From Desulfobacteraceae bacterium (GTDB taxonomy: Bacteria > Desulfobacterota > Desulfobacteria > Desulfobacterales > Desulfobacteraceae), in the NCBI GenBank assembly GCA_016743945.1, contig JADGFI010000013.1, positions 31,739 through 95,738 of the forward strand: a stretch of 64,000 nt of DNA. The letters are read 5' to 3'. The position numbers and the translations under genes were made by a program. The stretch's first letter is position 1. Each line of letters starts with the position of its first letter. The notes beneath the pieces are model-generated. The model did not search any database. It saw only the letters and a list, made by a program, of their open reading frames with translations, and had not been told where the DNA came from. Below, piece by piece: positions 1 to 9,074 of the stretch.

Positions 1-1595
1 TTTGTGTCGACAATTTCATTGGAAAACAGATAAGCTGTCCCCACCTGGAGACCAATTTTTGCCCCCCGGGCAGCCAGGAATGAGGCCATCCCCGAGATGA
101 AAAAAGAGGCGAAAGCTGTGGTGATACCACCAGCAAAAACCAGATACAGGTCGGATAAATCCCGGGAAGAATGGATCAACTTTGAGATAGCGGCTTCCCA
201 GAGAACCATACTGGACAAAGACCCCACATGGCCACCGGCTTCTCCCCCCTCAAAGATAAACCTGCGGCACCCGGCCTCCAGGGCATTTTCCATCATGGAG
301 ACCGATGGGGTGTGCATATAGGTTTTAGTGCCCGCCTTTTCCAGCTCAACCACCTGGGAGGGAATACCGCCGGCAAAAAGCGCATAGGGCACCTTGTAAC
401 GTTTAATCATGTCCAGATGTTTGTGGACCATGGGGTTAAAGGCTTCAATGCCCACCAACCCTGCACCAAAATTAGTAAGTTTTTTTGCCCCCTTTTTTAT
501 CATATCATCGGCCAGGGATGCCGGCAGGCTCCCCACGGCAAAAAAGGGCAAGGCGCCTTGTTCCAATACCATGGCGGCAAAGTCGGCATTGTCCGAAATA
601 TTGGCCATGGGTCCCTGGATCAGCGGATAGGTTGTGGACTGATCCTTTGCAAAGGCAGAATCTGGTACGATCGGATCATGCTGGTCAATACAATCAAGGT
701 TTTCCCCGATGATTGTAAAAAAAGATGCTACCATGGATTCAAGACAGGTGGATTCCCTGGTAAACTCCTTGGCAAAGATCCCGTCCTGCCCCAGATAAAA
801 CAGGGACTGGACAAATGGAACATCCGGGTTGTCCAGGGCAATTATGTTGTTGGAGATGGATTGGTAGATCTTTTGTTCCCCATCAGTTTCATTGGCAACC
901 AAAACTGCTTCCTGCTTGATATCCTTGACAATTTTGGTGCCTAATTTTGCAAAGACCCGATAGATCTCTTTATCCTGGAAAATAATTTCAGTGGAATCCC
1001 CTTCATCCACCATGGTCAGAAGTTTTTTAAAATTTTCCGAAACCGGGGCCTCGTCTGCCAGGAGCACCTGGGAGTCCATCACAAAGCCGGATACCCCGGC
1101 TGCCAGCATACCGGCAGCCGTATACGGGCCCACCCCGCCATGGATAAAAATCGGCAAATCACTGTGTTTCAAATACCATTGCATGAGAATAAAAGAAGAA
1201 TATCGGGATACCTTTCCTGCAGCCTCATTCCCCTTGAGGATCAGCCCATGGGGATCAAGCGCCTTTATCTTTTCAATAAGATGGATATCTTTAATTTCAG
1301 GAACAATCTTTGTATCACCAAAATGGGAAAAATCAGCCGCCTCGTCTTGTTTGGAAAGGGGAACAATCAAAAGATCAAGAGTGGCAATATTTTCCTGTTT
1401 TAAGGCGGCAATGGTGTCATGGTCATGGGCAGCGAGCCGCAGTCCAAAGCTCAGGTTTTCCCCGGCGAGTAACAGGGCCTTTTCAAGGATATCTTCACGG
1501 GTTAAAAACTCCGTGTCAAAAACAGGAAGGGCACCAGACCGGGAAATGGCATGAAAATAGCTGGAATCAAATACCTTGACAGGTGTGTAAATCAT
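1..1595 (-). CDS. N-terminal part of a PfaD/FabK-like enoyl reductase (two tandem nitronate-monooxygenase-type TIM-barrel modules). Probably the start of a PKS/PUFA-synthase-like protein. Partial, runs off the left edge.
   Basis: Absent from the ORF track because it is truncated by the window edge. My minus-strand translation from ATG 1595..1593 reads MIYTPVKVFDSSYFHAISRSGALPVFDTEF...KGNEAAGKVS...IHGGVGPYTAAGMLAAGVSGFVMDSQ. A second module follows: YPLIQGPMANISDNADFAAMVLEQGALPFFAVG...FEGGEAGGHVGSLS. The frame stays open to position 1. Plus-strand ORFs 228..944 and 991..1554 are antisense shadows. Confidence 0.7.
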   Translation of the reverse strand, partial: MIYTPVKVFDSSYFHAISRSGALPVFDTEFLTREDILEKALLLAGENLSFGLRLAAHDHDTIAALKQENIATLDLLIVPLSKQDEAADFSHFGDTKIVPEIKDIHLIEKIKALDPHGLILKGNEAAGKVSRYSSFILMQWYLKHSDLPIFIHGGVGPYTAAGMLAAGVSGFVMDSQVLLADEAPVSENFKKLLTMVDEGDSTEIIFQDKEIYRVFAKLGTKIVKDIKQEAVLVANETDGEQKIYQSISNNIIALDNPDVPFVQSLFYLGQDGIFAKEFTRESTCLESMVASFFTIIGENLDCIDQHDPIVPDSAFAKDQSTTYPLIQGPMANISDNADFAAMVLEQGALPFFAVGSLPASLADDMIKKGAKKLTNFGAGLVGIEAFNPMVHKHLDMIKRYKVPYALFAGGIPSQVVELEKAGTKTYMHTPSVSMMENALEAGCRRFIFEGGEAGGHVGSLSSMVLWEAAISKLIHSSRDLSDLYLVFAGGITTAFASFFISGMASFLAARGAKIGLQVGTAYLFSNEIVDT

Positions 1596-1667
1596 CAAAG
1601 GCAGTCTTGAATTCAGTATTCTTGTAATCATAAATATGGCTCCATATAGGGTTTCGTATCAGTGTTC

Positions 1668-1683
1668 TTTGGCACCTGCCAAA
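1668..1683. promoter_or_regulatory. Perfect 16-bp palindrome TTTGGCAcCTGCCAAA in a divergent intergenic region. Candidate activator-binding site.
   Basis: TTTGGCA and TGCCAAA are exact reverse complements separated by 2 bp. The site lies about 50 bp upstream of the candidate sigma-54 promoter on the minus strand. Confidence 0.3.
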
Positions 1684-1716
1684 GGAAAACTTTCGGGTTC
1701 TCAAACTCTTTTACTT

Positions 1717-1732
1717 ATCAAGGAGTGTGCCA
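1717..1732 (-). promoter_or_regulatory. Candidate sigma-54 (-24/-12) promoter for the PfaD-like gene
   Basis: The minus strand reads TGGCACactccTTGAT. The -24 box is perfect and the GG-N10 spacing is correct, but the -12 box is TTGA instead of TTGC. It lies about 125 nt upstream of ATG 1595, with a sigma-54 activator encoded divergently. Confidence 0.35.
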
Positions 1733-1911
1733 GCTCTTTCTTTTTTTTTAACACACTGAAATAAAAGCATTTTTCCAAAAAAAGCCAACCGTATCCCTTT
1801 TATTGATCTTAAATTTTATTGCATTTTATGTATATGGCATGTACAAAATTGCACAGGATCTTGATTGTAACCTTTTGATACCTTAACCTCGAACCTTCCA
1901 ATGGAGGCCTC

Positions 1912-3405
1912 TTGAAAAAAATAGACTTGGACCAGGAAGAAAGACAATTTTTCAGAACGGTCCATAATGCCGCCTTTGCAAATCCTTTCAGCGAGTTAAG
2001 GGAACGACTAGACCAGAAAATTGCCGGGCTTTTCCCCTCTGCCACAAGGAGAGAAAGCAAGGACAAATGCGTCAGGGAAGTGGATCGGCGGTTAAAAAAA
2101 CTGGAAATAGAAAATAGGGGAAATCTCAATGACTACCAGGACAAGGACAAAGAAATCCTTCGGGTGGTCTATTTATTTGATATCTTCCACAAATTTAGGG
2201 ACAAATTTGATCAATTGATCAAAGACCAGACAAGTGCCCGGGACACACCGGTTAAAGTGAGCTTTGTTGAAGAGGCAAAGGCAATGGTCGTTCAAAAAGG
2301 GTTTGATACAAAGATCTTTTACCATTATTTTGCCCTGTCCTACCAATTGCGCCGGGCATTTTATTTTATTTCCCATTCGCTTGTGGGCAGCAGCCCCTGC
2401 ATGCGCACCCTGAAAAAACACCTTTGGTATAATGTCTTCACCCATAATATTGAACTCTATGATACTTTTTTGTGGAACAAAATGGAGGATTTTTCCACCC
2501 TGCTTTTAGGAGAGACCGGAACCGGTAAAGGGACAGCAGCCCAGGCCATCGGCAGAAGCGGCTTTATCCCCTTTGATATCAAAAGAGGCTGTTTTGCCGA
2601 AAGCTTTACCCAGGCGTTTTCCTCCCTGAATCTCTCACAATACCCGGAAACCCTTTTGGAATCAGAATTATTCGGCCATACCAAGGGGGCATTCACAGGA
2701 GCTGTTGAAGACTACCAGGGAGTTTTTGACCGTTGCAGCCCCCATGGATCCATCCTGCTGGATGAAATCGGAGAGATCCCCAACCATGTACAGATCAAAC
2801 TATTGCGGGTTCTACAGGAAAGGCATTTTTCACCGGTGGGTGCCCATACCATTTTACGATTTAACGGCCGTGTCATTGCCGCCACCAATCGGCCTAAACG
2901 ATCGGTCATGGAGGGTGAAGTCTTCCGGGATGATTTTTATTATCGGCTCTGTTCAGATATCATAGAGGTCCCTCCCTTACGAACCCGGATCAAGGAATCT
3001 CCATCGGAGCTGGATGACCTTTTGAATTTCACCATCCACCGAATGACCGGTATGCATTCAAAAAAATTGACCCAACAGGTAAAAAGAATCATTGACCGCC
3101 GACTGGGAAAAAATTATCACTGGCCAGGTAATGTCAGGGAACTTGAGCAATGCGTCAGAAGCGTATTGCTTAAAAAGGATTACCAAGGCAAAGAGATCAG
3201 GGAGCCGGCAGAATTATCCCTTTCCACGACACTTCAAAAAGGAATAAAAGAAAAAACCATTGCCGTACCAGATCTTGTTGCAGGATACTGCAAACTGCTC
3301 TATGATACCCTTGGCACCTATGAAAAGGTTGCAAAGAAAACGGGCCTTGACCGGCGGACCATAAAAAAATATATAGAGACCCAAATAAAAGGATTCAACA
3401 ACTGA
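1912..3405 (+). CDS. Sigma-54-dependent transcriptional activator (AAA+ bEBP) without a receiver domain. Its N-terminal ~190 aa is not recognised.
   Basis: Walker A GETGTGKG, GAFTGA loop (GHTKGAFTGA), Walker B LLDEIGE, ESELFGH, and a C-terminal Fis-type HTH (GTYEKVAKKTGLDRRTIKKYI). The TTG start lies 4 nt after GGAGG. Confidence 0.85.
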   Translation: MKKIDLDQEERQFFRTVHNAAFANPFSELRERLDQKIAGLFPSATRRESKDKCVREVDRRLKKLEIENRGNLNDYQDKDKEILRVVYLFDIFHKFRDKFDQLIKDQTSARDTPVKVSFVEEAKAMVVQKGFDTKIFYHYFALSYQLRRAFYFISHSLVGSSPCMRTLKKHLWYNVFTHNIELYDTFLWNKMEDFSTLLLGETGTGKGTAAQAIGRSGFIPFDIKRGCFAESFTQAFSSLNLSQYPETLLESELFGHTKGAFTGAVEDYQGVFDRCSPHGSILLDEIGEIPNHVQIKLLRVLQERHFSPVGAHTILRFNGRVIAATNRPKRSVMEGEVFRDDFYYRLCSDIIEVPPLRTRIKESPSELDDLLNFTIHRMTGMHSKKLTQQVKRIIDRRLGKNYHWPGNVRELEQCVRSVLLKKDYQGKEIREPAELSLSTTLQKGIKEKTIAVPDLVAGYCKLLYDTLGTYEKVAKKTGLDRRTIKKYIETQIKGFNN

Positions 3406-4295
3406 TGCTTTCTTTCTTACCCTCCCCCCTCAAAGGAATTTTATCCTTTCTCCTGGCCATGGTGAATACCATTTGTTTAACCCTTCCGTTGATTTTTCTA
3501 TCTCTATTTAAATTTATCCTTCCCTTCCCCCCTGTCATTGTGATTCTGGATAAAATTCTCATCGCCATTGCAACCTTGTGGATCGATATAAATTCATTGA
3601 ACTCAAACCTGTTCTCTAAAATTGACTGGGACATCAGGGGGCTTGAGAAATTAGAAAAAACAGAATGGTATCTGGTCATGGCCAACCACCAGTCCTGGGT
3701 TGACATCCTGGTACTCCAGCAAACCTTGAACCGGAAAATCCCCATGCTCAAATTCTTTTTAAAAAAAGAACTCATCTGGGTTCCTTTTCTCGGTCTTGCC
3801 TGGTGGGCACTTGATTTCCCTTTCATGAAACGGTATTCAAAAAAAATCCTGACCCAAAAACCCCACCTGCGAGGCAAGGACCTGGAAAGTACAAAAAAGG
3901 CCTGTGAAAGATTTAAACACACCCCCGTATCCATCATGAATTTTGTGGAAGGCACACGGTTCACGACTCAAAAAAAAGACGCGCAAAAGACCTCCTTTGT
4001 CCATTTGCTCAACCCCAAAGCCGGCGGAATTGCATTTGTCCTGGGATCCATGGGGGATTATCTTCACAAAATAATTGATGTGACCATCATATATCCGGGG
4101 AAAACCCCAAATTTCTGGGATTTTATATCCGGCAAGACCCAAAAAATTATTATTGATTTTGAAGTGTTGGAGGTAAGCCATGCCTTGAAAGGGGATTATT
4201 TTAATGACCCGGAAGATCATGCTGTCTTCTGTGAATGGCTGAACAGAATATGGATAAAAAAAGATGAGCGGATAGGCCTGATCCAGGCCGACTAA
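3405..4295 (+). CDS. Membrane-bound lysophospholipid/1-acylglycerol-3-phosphate acyltransferase family protein (YihG-like)
   Basis: HX4D motif (ANHQSWVDIL), an FVEGTRF block and N-terminal TM helices. The ATG overlaps the activator stop (TGATG), which implies co-transcription. Confidence 0.8.
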   Translation: MLSFLPSPLKGILSFLLAMVNTICLTLPLIFLSLFKFILPFPPVIVILDKILIAIATLWIDINSLNSNLFSKIDWDIRGLEKLEKTEWYLVMANHQSWVDILVLQQTLNRKIPMLKFFLKKELIWVPFLGLAWWALDFPFMKRYSKKILTQKPHLRGKDLESTKKACERFKHTPVSIMNFVEGTRFTTQKKDAQKTSFVHLLNPKAGGIAFVLGSMGDYLHKIIDVTIIYPGKTPNFWDFISGKTQKIIIDFEVLEVSHALKGDYFNDPEDHAVFCEWLNRIWIKKDERIGLIQAD

Positions 4296-4310
4296 CCCTA
4301 TCCCGGGCGT

Positions 4311-6464
4311 CTATAAATTCTGAATTTGTATTTCGTAAACCTGTCTGTTTTCAGTTCCCTGGGCCGCGAAAAGGACTTCTTTTACCTTTGCCCGCCGGAT
4401 GACATCTTCAACCGTCATCTCACTATGCTTTCCACAAATAACGGTTCCCGGTTGAATCGTCCCGTCACATGCGACCATTGCATTACCGGGATTTTCCTTC
4501 GCCCACTGAACAAGATTCTTTTTTTCATGGGTCAGGTCTTCAATTTTTCCCTCCCAAAAAACGATCTCCTTATCCGCTTTTTCAATGGCTTTTTCAATGG
4601 CCTCACTCTTTTCAAAACACCGGTCTAGATTAGACTCGGCATTCTGGGCATTGGCGTTTAATTGTGCAAATTGTTCCTTAAATTCCCCAAGACGATCAGC
4701 GTTTTCAGGGGCCGCCATCTTCGTCTCTATTTCCCTTTGTTCAAGCTGGGACCGATCCTGGACATGGGCAAGTTTGGTGATCTGCTGCTGGAGCTCCGCG
4801 TTCTGCTCTTTTAGGGTGTCCTTTTTTTCCTGAAATTTTACAACCTTCTCTCGCATGGCACGGATCTTGGTTTTATTTTTCCCAAGCTCCTTTTCTGTAA
4901 ACGCATCCTGGCCGACTTTAATCAGGCTGGGTCCGGCCATCTCGGTCCCGATATGCCTTGCACTGACCCCCATCTTGGCCGTCACCTCCGAAGAGATAAG
5001 CTTGCCGTTTTCAATGGCGCAGGATCCGCCACTTTCAATCATGGAATCCACTATTTCCTTGCCCACCTGGACATTGCCCATGCAGAAAATCTCTGAATTA
5101 TGGATAAATTTGGCAAACACATTTCCCCGGGCATAGATTTTTCCTTCATTTATACCGCCTGCGACCACCACATCCCCTTCTGCCTCCACAATACCGCCGT
5201 CCAGCTCAATGGTTTTAATATCGTTGCCCCGAACCTTAAACCCGGATTTAATACGCCCCTTAATATTTACATTGCCATCATAATCAATATGCCCGGTTTC
5301 ATAATCCACATCCCCGCCGGTTGTATATTCATTGTGGACAAAAATCACCCCGGACAGGGAATATTTGGGATATCCACGAACTTCTGCCAGAACTTTAAGG
5401 CCGTCCTCGGATAATTTAGCCCCTTTTCCAAACCGCAGGGGAATATCCTCACCCGGCAAGGTTTCTACCTCATCCCCATATATATTTTGCCCCTGCCGGG
5501 CCAAAATCATGGGCGTTTTTTCAGCGAGAACCGTTCCTTCTTCCACATGGGGAATCACCCCTCTTTCCTTGAAATCGATATTTCCCTCGGTATCAAGGCC
5601 ACCGGCTTTAAGGTAGTCTGTATTAAAAAAAAATTCCAATTTTGCGTCCTGCCCCTGAACAGGCTTGATCCCCCTGGCAATCCTGAAGGACTGGGTTTTA
5701 AACCCTGAAGATTTAATAAAACCCTCTATCATGTCATCCACAACGATACCATTCACAATCTCTCGTTCAAACAGGGCCTCCTTGATTTCCATGGCAGAAA
5801 TGTCCGAATTAAACTGGTCTGTTTTTGAGATAAAAGCGGCCATAAAATCCCTGGAAACCTGTAGTTTGATCCCCCCCGTAATAATCTCGGGTTCAAGCAG
5901 GGCACTTGCCTCTTTTTTTATTTCAGCCTTCTTTTCCGGCGGTTTTTCCAAAGACTTTTTCACTGGTTGCTTCAGGGTCTTTTCCAAAGGCTTTTGTCCG
6001 GCAATAGTTTTTGAGTCGGATCCTGTTTTCTTATTGGGTAATTTCAACCGGTTTTGTAATTTAAGGATATAATCTCTTTGTTTTATTGTCATCAACCCGG
6101 CCCCCACCATCATATCTCCAATGAGACTGGGTTTTTGTTTGCTCCTGATGGAATCTTCCTGCTCTTCCAAAGCAAGATCTAGAACACTTTGGTTAATAAA
6201 GCCTTTGACAATGGCAATGGCACCGAACTTATACTCTTTTTGGCGAATTTCCAGGGTTTTTGCTGCCCGGGAGAGCCGTTCAATATTTTGTGCAGACACC
6301 AATTCTTTAGTGAGCAAATAGTCTTTCAACTCTCGTTCAAGGTTATTGGAATCGGTACATTGATGCAGCCAGGTTTCCAGTTCCTCTTTTGTAATCAATT
6401 GGTTTTTTACGGCTAAAAGGCCAACCAAGGGACATCTCATCTTTTTTTCTTGCCCGTTTGTCAT
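4311..6464 (-). CDS. FapA/DUF342 family protein with an N-terminal T2SSE_N/MshEN-like repeat region and a C-terminal coiled coil
   Basis: Beta-helix-like repeats typical of DUF342 (GNVNIKGRIKSGFKVRGNDI...VEAEGDVVVAGGINEGKIYARGNVFAKFIHNSEIFCMGNVQVGKEI). A long K/E/Q-rich coiled coil follows. See the findings for the N-terminal motifs. Confidence 0.65.
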   Translation of the reverse strand: MTNGQEKKMRCPLVGLLAVKNQLITKEELETWLHQCTDSNNLERELKDYLLTKELVSAQNIERLSRAAKTLEIRQKEYKFGAIAIVKGFINQSVLDLALEEQEDSIRSKQKPSLIGDMMVGAGLMTIKQRDYILKLQNRLKLPNKKTGSDSKTIAGQKPLEKTLKQPVKKSLEKPPEKKAEIKKEASALLEPEIITGGIKLQVSRDFMAAFISKTDQFNSDISAMEIKEALFEREIVNGIVVDDMIEGFIKSSGFKTQSFRIARGIKPVQGQDAKLEFFFNTDYLKAGGLDTEGNIDFKERGVIPHVEEGTVLAEKTPMILARQGQNIYGDEVETLPGEDIPLRFGKGAKLSEDGLKVLAEVRGYPKYSLSGVIFVHNEYTTGGDVDYETGHIDYDGNVNIKGRIKSGFKVRGNDIKTIELDGGIVEAEGDVVVAGGINEGKIYARGNVFAKFIHNSEIFCMGNVQVGKEIVDSMIESGGSCAIENGKLISSEVTAKMGVSARHIGTEMAGPSLIKVGQDAFTEKELGKNKTKIRAMREKVVKFQEKKDTLKEQNAELQQQITKLAHVQDRSQLEQREIETKMAAPENADRLGEFKEQFAQLNANAQNAESNLDRCFEKSEAIEKAIEKADKEIVFWEGKIEDLTHEKKNLVQWAKENPGNAMVACDGTIQPGTVICGKHSEMTVEDVIRRAKVKEVLFAAQGTENRQVYEIQIQNL

Positions 6465-6484
6465 ACCTTACTCCCAGTAATTTC

Positions 6485-8212
6485 TCAAATAACGGCTGCA
6501 ACTAACCCGGCGAACAAAAACGAAGACTCGATTAAAAACTCATATTGCCGACTAGACAACAAACTGTCTCGTTTATATAATCTGATCAATAAAAGCATAA
6601 AAAGGGGAACAAAGGCAAGCAGGAAGACAGTGCTGCCAAACAAATCCATCCAATCGGCCAGCAAAATAATAAAAATTTCAATGGTCAGTACATATTGAAT
6701 AAGGAGATAACTCTTTTGTGCACCCAATAAAATGGGAAGGGTTTCTTTTCCTGTAATCCGATCCCCCTGGATGGCCAACACATCAAAAAAAGCAGTTCTG
6801 GCAAAAACCAAACCCGTTGAAAAGGCAAAGGTGACCAGCATTGGCAAAAACCCGCATGAATTGACAATTGCCGGCAGCAAACTGGTAACGATTCCCCAGG
6901 CAATGGCAATGAGGATGGTTTTGGATCCGGGCACATCCTTAATCCGGGTAATCTTCTTATCGCCAAAGACAAAAGGAAGGTTTAAATTATAGAACAGACC
7001 CAGAAGGCTCATTATCAGCAGGATACAAAAAGAAACAAAGCCCGTGGTATAGGCAAAATAGAGCCCGGCTGCCCCGGACCCAAGAGCTAGCACCTTTAAA
7101 AGGCTCTGATGTTTTCTGTAAAAAACTGCCCGCTCAGGATGGTTATAGGTATCTGATTTAATGGTAATGATGTTGTTTAGGATCTGCATAGACAACACAT
7201 AGAGCATGGCAATGGCAGAATGTACAAAAACCAGGGAAAAGCCCTGGACCCTGGCGCAGGCATAGGTCAGTCCACCGGCACCCAAGGCCAGCAACAGGTT
7301 TGTTTTGAGCAAGAAATCCCTGAATCCCACCAGATATCCAAGAAAAAACCGCTGCTTTTTCACCTTGGAAGCCACCTGTACGCAGGTATCATTGATAATC
7401 CAATTGGGAGTGGATGCACCCGCTGTAATGGCAATCCTTTTTGCCGACCCAAGGAGTTTGTAATCAATCTCAGCGGCATCTTCAATATGGATGGCCAGGG
7501 TGCCGGTTTCCATGGCCACCTGGGCCAGACGCCGGGTATTCCCCGATGATTTTCCTCCCACCACAATAACAGCATCATTTTCCCGGGCCAACTGCCGCAC
7601 CTCGGACTGCCGCTTTTCCGTGGACCCGCAAATGGTGTCAAACACCTTATAATGGGGAGCGTGTTGGGTGAACCATGCTTTTATCTGCTCATAAAACACG
7701 GTATTCTGGGTGGTCTGGGCAACCACTACCGCATTCTCAAAGGCAGGCAAATCAGCCAGTTGTTCCATGGAGGTGATGGTATAGCCATTTCCCCGGGCAT
7801 AGCCCAGAAGGCCCACCACTTCTGGATGTTTTTTATCGCCAATGATAATGGTGGCATACCCCTTTTTGGCATAGCGATTGATAATCACCTGGACACGAAC
7901 CACCCGGGGACAGGTGGCATTGAGAACGGTAAACCCGGCTTTGTTAAGGGCCTTCTCATCTTCCGGCGGAACCCCATGGGCCCGGATCAGGACAATACCC
8001 TCTCCTCGTTCCGGTATGGTATCAATCCGGGAAATATTTTTGTTTTCCAACATTTCCAGAACCTGAGGATTATGGATCAGCGGCCCATAGGTAAATATGG
8101 GTTCGCCTGAAAGATTTGATGCGTCCAGAACCATATCCACGGCCCGCCGGACGCCCATACAGAAACCCGCCGTCTTTGCAACAATAATTTTCATAAAATA
8201 TGGCTCATGCAA
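6485..8212 (-). CDS. ispH: 4-hydroxy-3-methylbut-2-enyl diphosphate reductase (IspH/LytB) fused to a C-terminal UbiA-prenyltransferase-like polytopic membrane domain
   Basis: The IspH N-terminal half reads MKIIVAKTAGFCMGVRRAV...GPLIHNPQV...ATCPRV...TICGST. From about residue 290 there are 8-9 TM helices with KDVPGSKTILIAIAWG and FDVLAIQGDRITGKETLPILLG. The true start may be the internal ATG at 8194 (MKIIVAK). The long ORF overlaps the parB stop. Confidence 0.85.
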   Translation of the reverse strand: MHEPYFMKIIVAKTAGFCMGVRRAVDMVLDASNLSGEPIFTYGPLIHNPQVLEMLENKNISRIDTIPERGEGIVLIRAHGVPPEDEKALNKAGFTVLNATCPRVVRVQVIINRYAKKGYATIIIGDKKHPEVVGLLGYARGNGYTITSMEQLADLPAFENAVVVAQTTQNTVFYEQIKAWFTQHAPHYKVFDTICGSTEKRQSEVRQLARENDAVIVVGGKSSGNTRRLAQVAMETGTLAIHIEDAAEIDYKLLGSAKRIAITAGASTPNWIINDTCVQVASKVKKQRFFLGYLVGFRDFLLKTNLLLALGAGGLTYACARVQGFSLVFVHSAIAMLYVLSMQILNNIITIKSDTYNHPERAVFYRKHQSLLKVLALGSGAAGLYFAYTTGFVSFCILLIMSLLGLFYNLNLPFVFGDKKITRIKDVPGSKTILIAIAWGIVTSLLPAIVNSCGFLPMLVTFAFSTGLVFARTAFFDVLAIQGDRITGKETLPILLGAQKSYLLIQYVLTIEIFIILLADWMDLFGSTVFLLAFVPLFMLLLIRLYKRDSLLSSRQYEFLIESSFLFAGLVAAVI

Positions 8213-9074
8213 TATGGCTCAATAGGTCAACGAGACGGTCAAATTCAGATTTGGATTTGAATTTAATTTCTATTCTGCCCTGGTCACCATTTTTTTTAAT
8301 CTTCACCGAACTTTTTATCCGGGTGGCAATCTGGGTGGATGCCGCGTCCAGAAATAATTTTTCATGGACGGAGATTTTTTCGGCCAATTTTTTGGGTTCC
8401 TGCTTGGCCTGGTTTACCAATCGCTCGGTTTCCCGAACCGAAAGCCCCCGGGCCAGAACCTGTTTGAAAAGATAAAGCTGATTTTCCTGGCTCCCCCCCC
8501 CCAAAAGTGCCCGGGCATGGCCCATACTGATTTTTTCAGCGATAAGGCTCTCCTTTATTTCCTGGGGCAGGCTTCGAAGTCTTAGAAGGTTGGCAATGGT
8601 GGACCGGTTTTTGCCGATTTTTTTGGCCACCTTTTCCTGGGTATATTTAAACTCGTCAATGAGCCTGAAATAGGCTTCTGCTTCTTCCAGCACATTGAGA
8701 TTCTCCCGCTGGATATTCTCAATGATAGAGACTTCCAGAACCTGCTCATCCGTCAGATCTTTTACCACCACCGGAACCCGGGACAACCCTGCAGCCTCCG
8801 CCGCCCGGAGCCTGCGCTCCCCGGCAATGAGCTCATATCCGTCACCCATGTGTCGGACCAGCAAGGGCTGCAAAACCCCCTGTTGGACAATGGAATCTCT
8901 GAGACGATCCAGCTCTTCCTGGCTGAACGCCATCCGTGGCTGATACCGGTTGGGAGCTATCTCTTCAATGGGGCAATAAAAAAAGTCAGAACCGGATTCC
9001 GGGGCATCCAGATCCGGAATCAACGCTGATATCCCGCGGCCCAGACCGGTATGTTTCTTTTTCTTTTTCATCAT
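8205..9074 (-). CDS. parB: Chromosome partitioning protein ParB (Spo0J)
   Basis: GLGRGISALIP, IEEIAPNRYQPR, LIAGERRLRAA and an HTH region. The ATGA start overlaps the parA stop. Confidence 0.9.
   Translation of the reverse strand: MMKKKKKHTGLGRGISALIPDLDAPESGSDFFYCPIEEIAPNRYQPRMAFSQEELDRLRDSIVQQGVLQPLLVRHMGDGYELIAGERRLRAAEAAGLSRVPVVVKDLTDEQVLEVSIIENIQRENLNVLEEAEAYFRLIDEFKYTQEKVAKKIGKNRSTIANLLRLRSLPQEIKESLIAEKISMGHARALLGGGSQENQLYLFKQVLARGLSVRETERLVNQAKQEPKKLAEKISVHEKLFLDAASTQIATRIKSSVKIKKNGDQGRIEIKFKSKSEFDRLVDLLSHIA

Noticed and set aside
228-1554. Long plus-strand ORFs 228..944 (238 aa) and 991..1554 (187 aa)
   Set aside because: They are antisense shadows of the minus-strand PfaD/FabK-like gene, whose translation shows clear family motifs. 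The plus-strand products are Gly/Pro/His- or Ser-rich with no recognisable domains.
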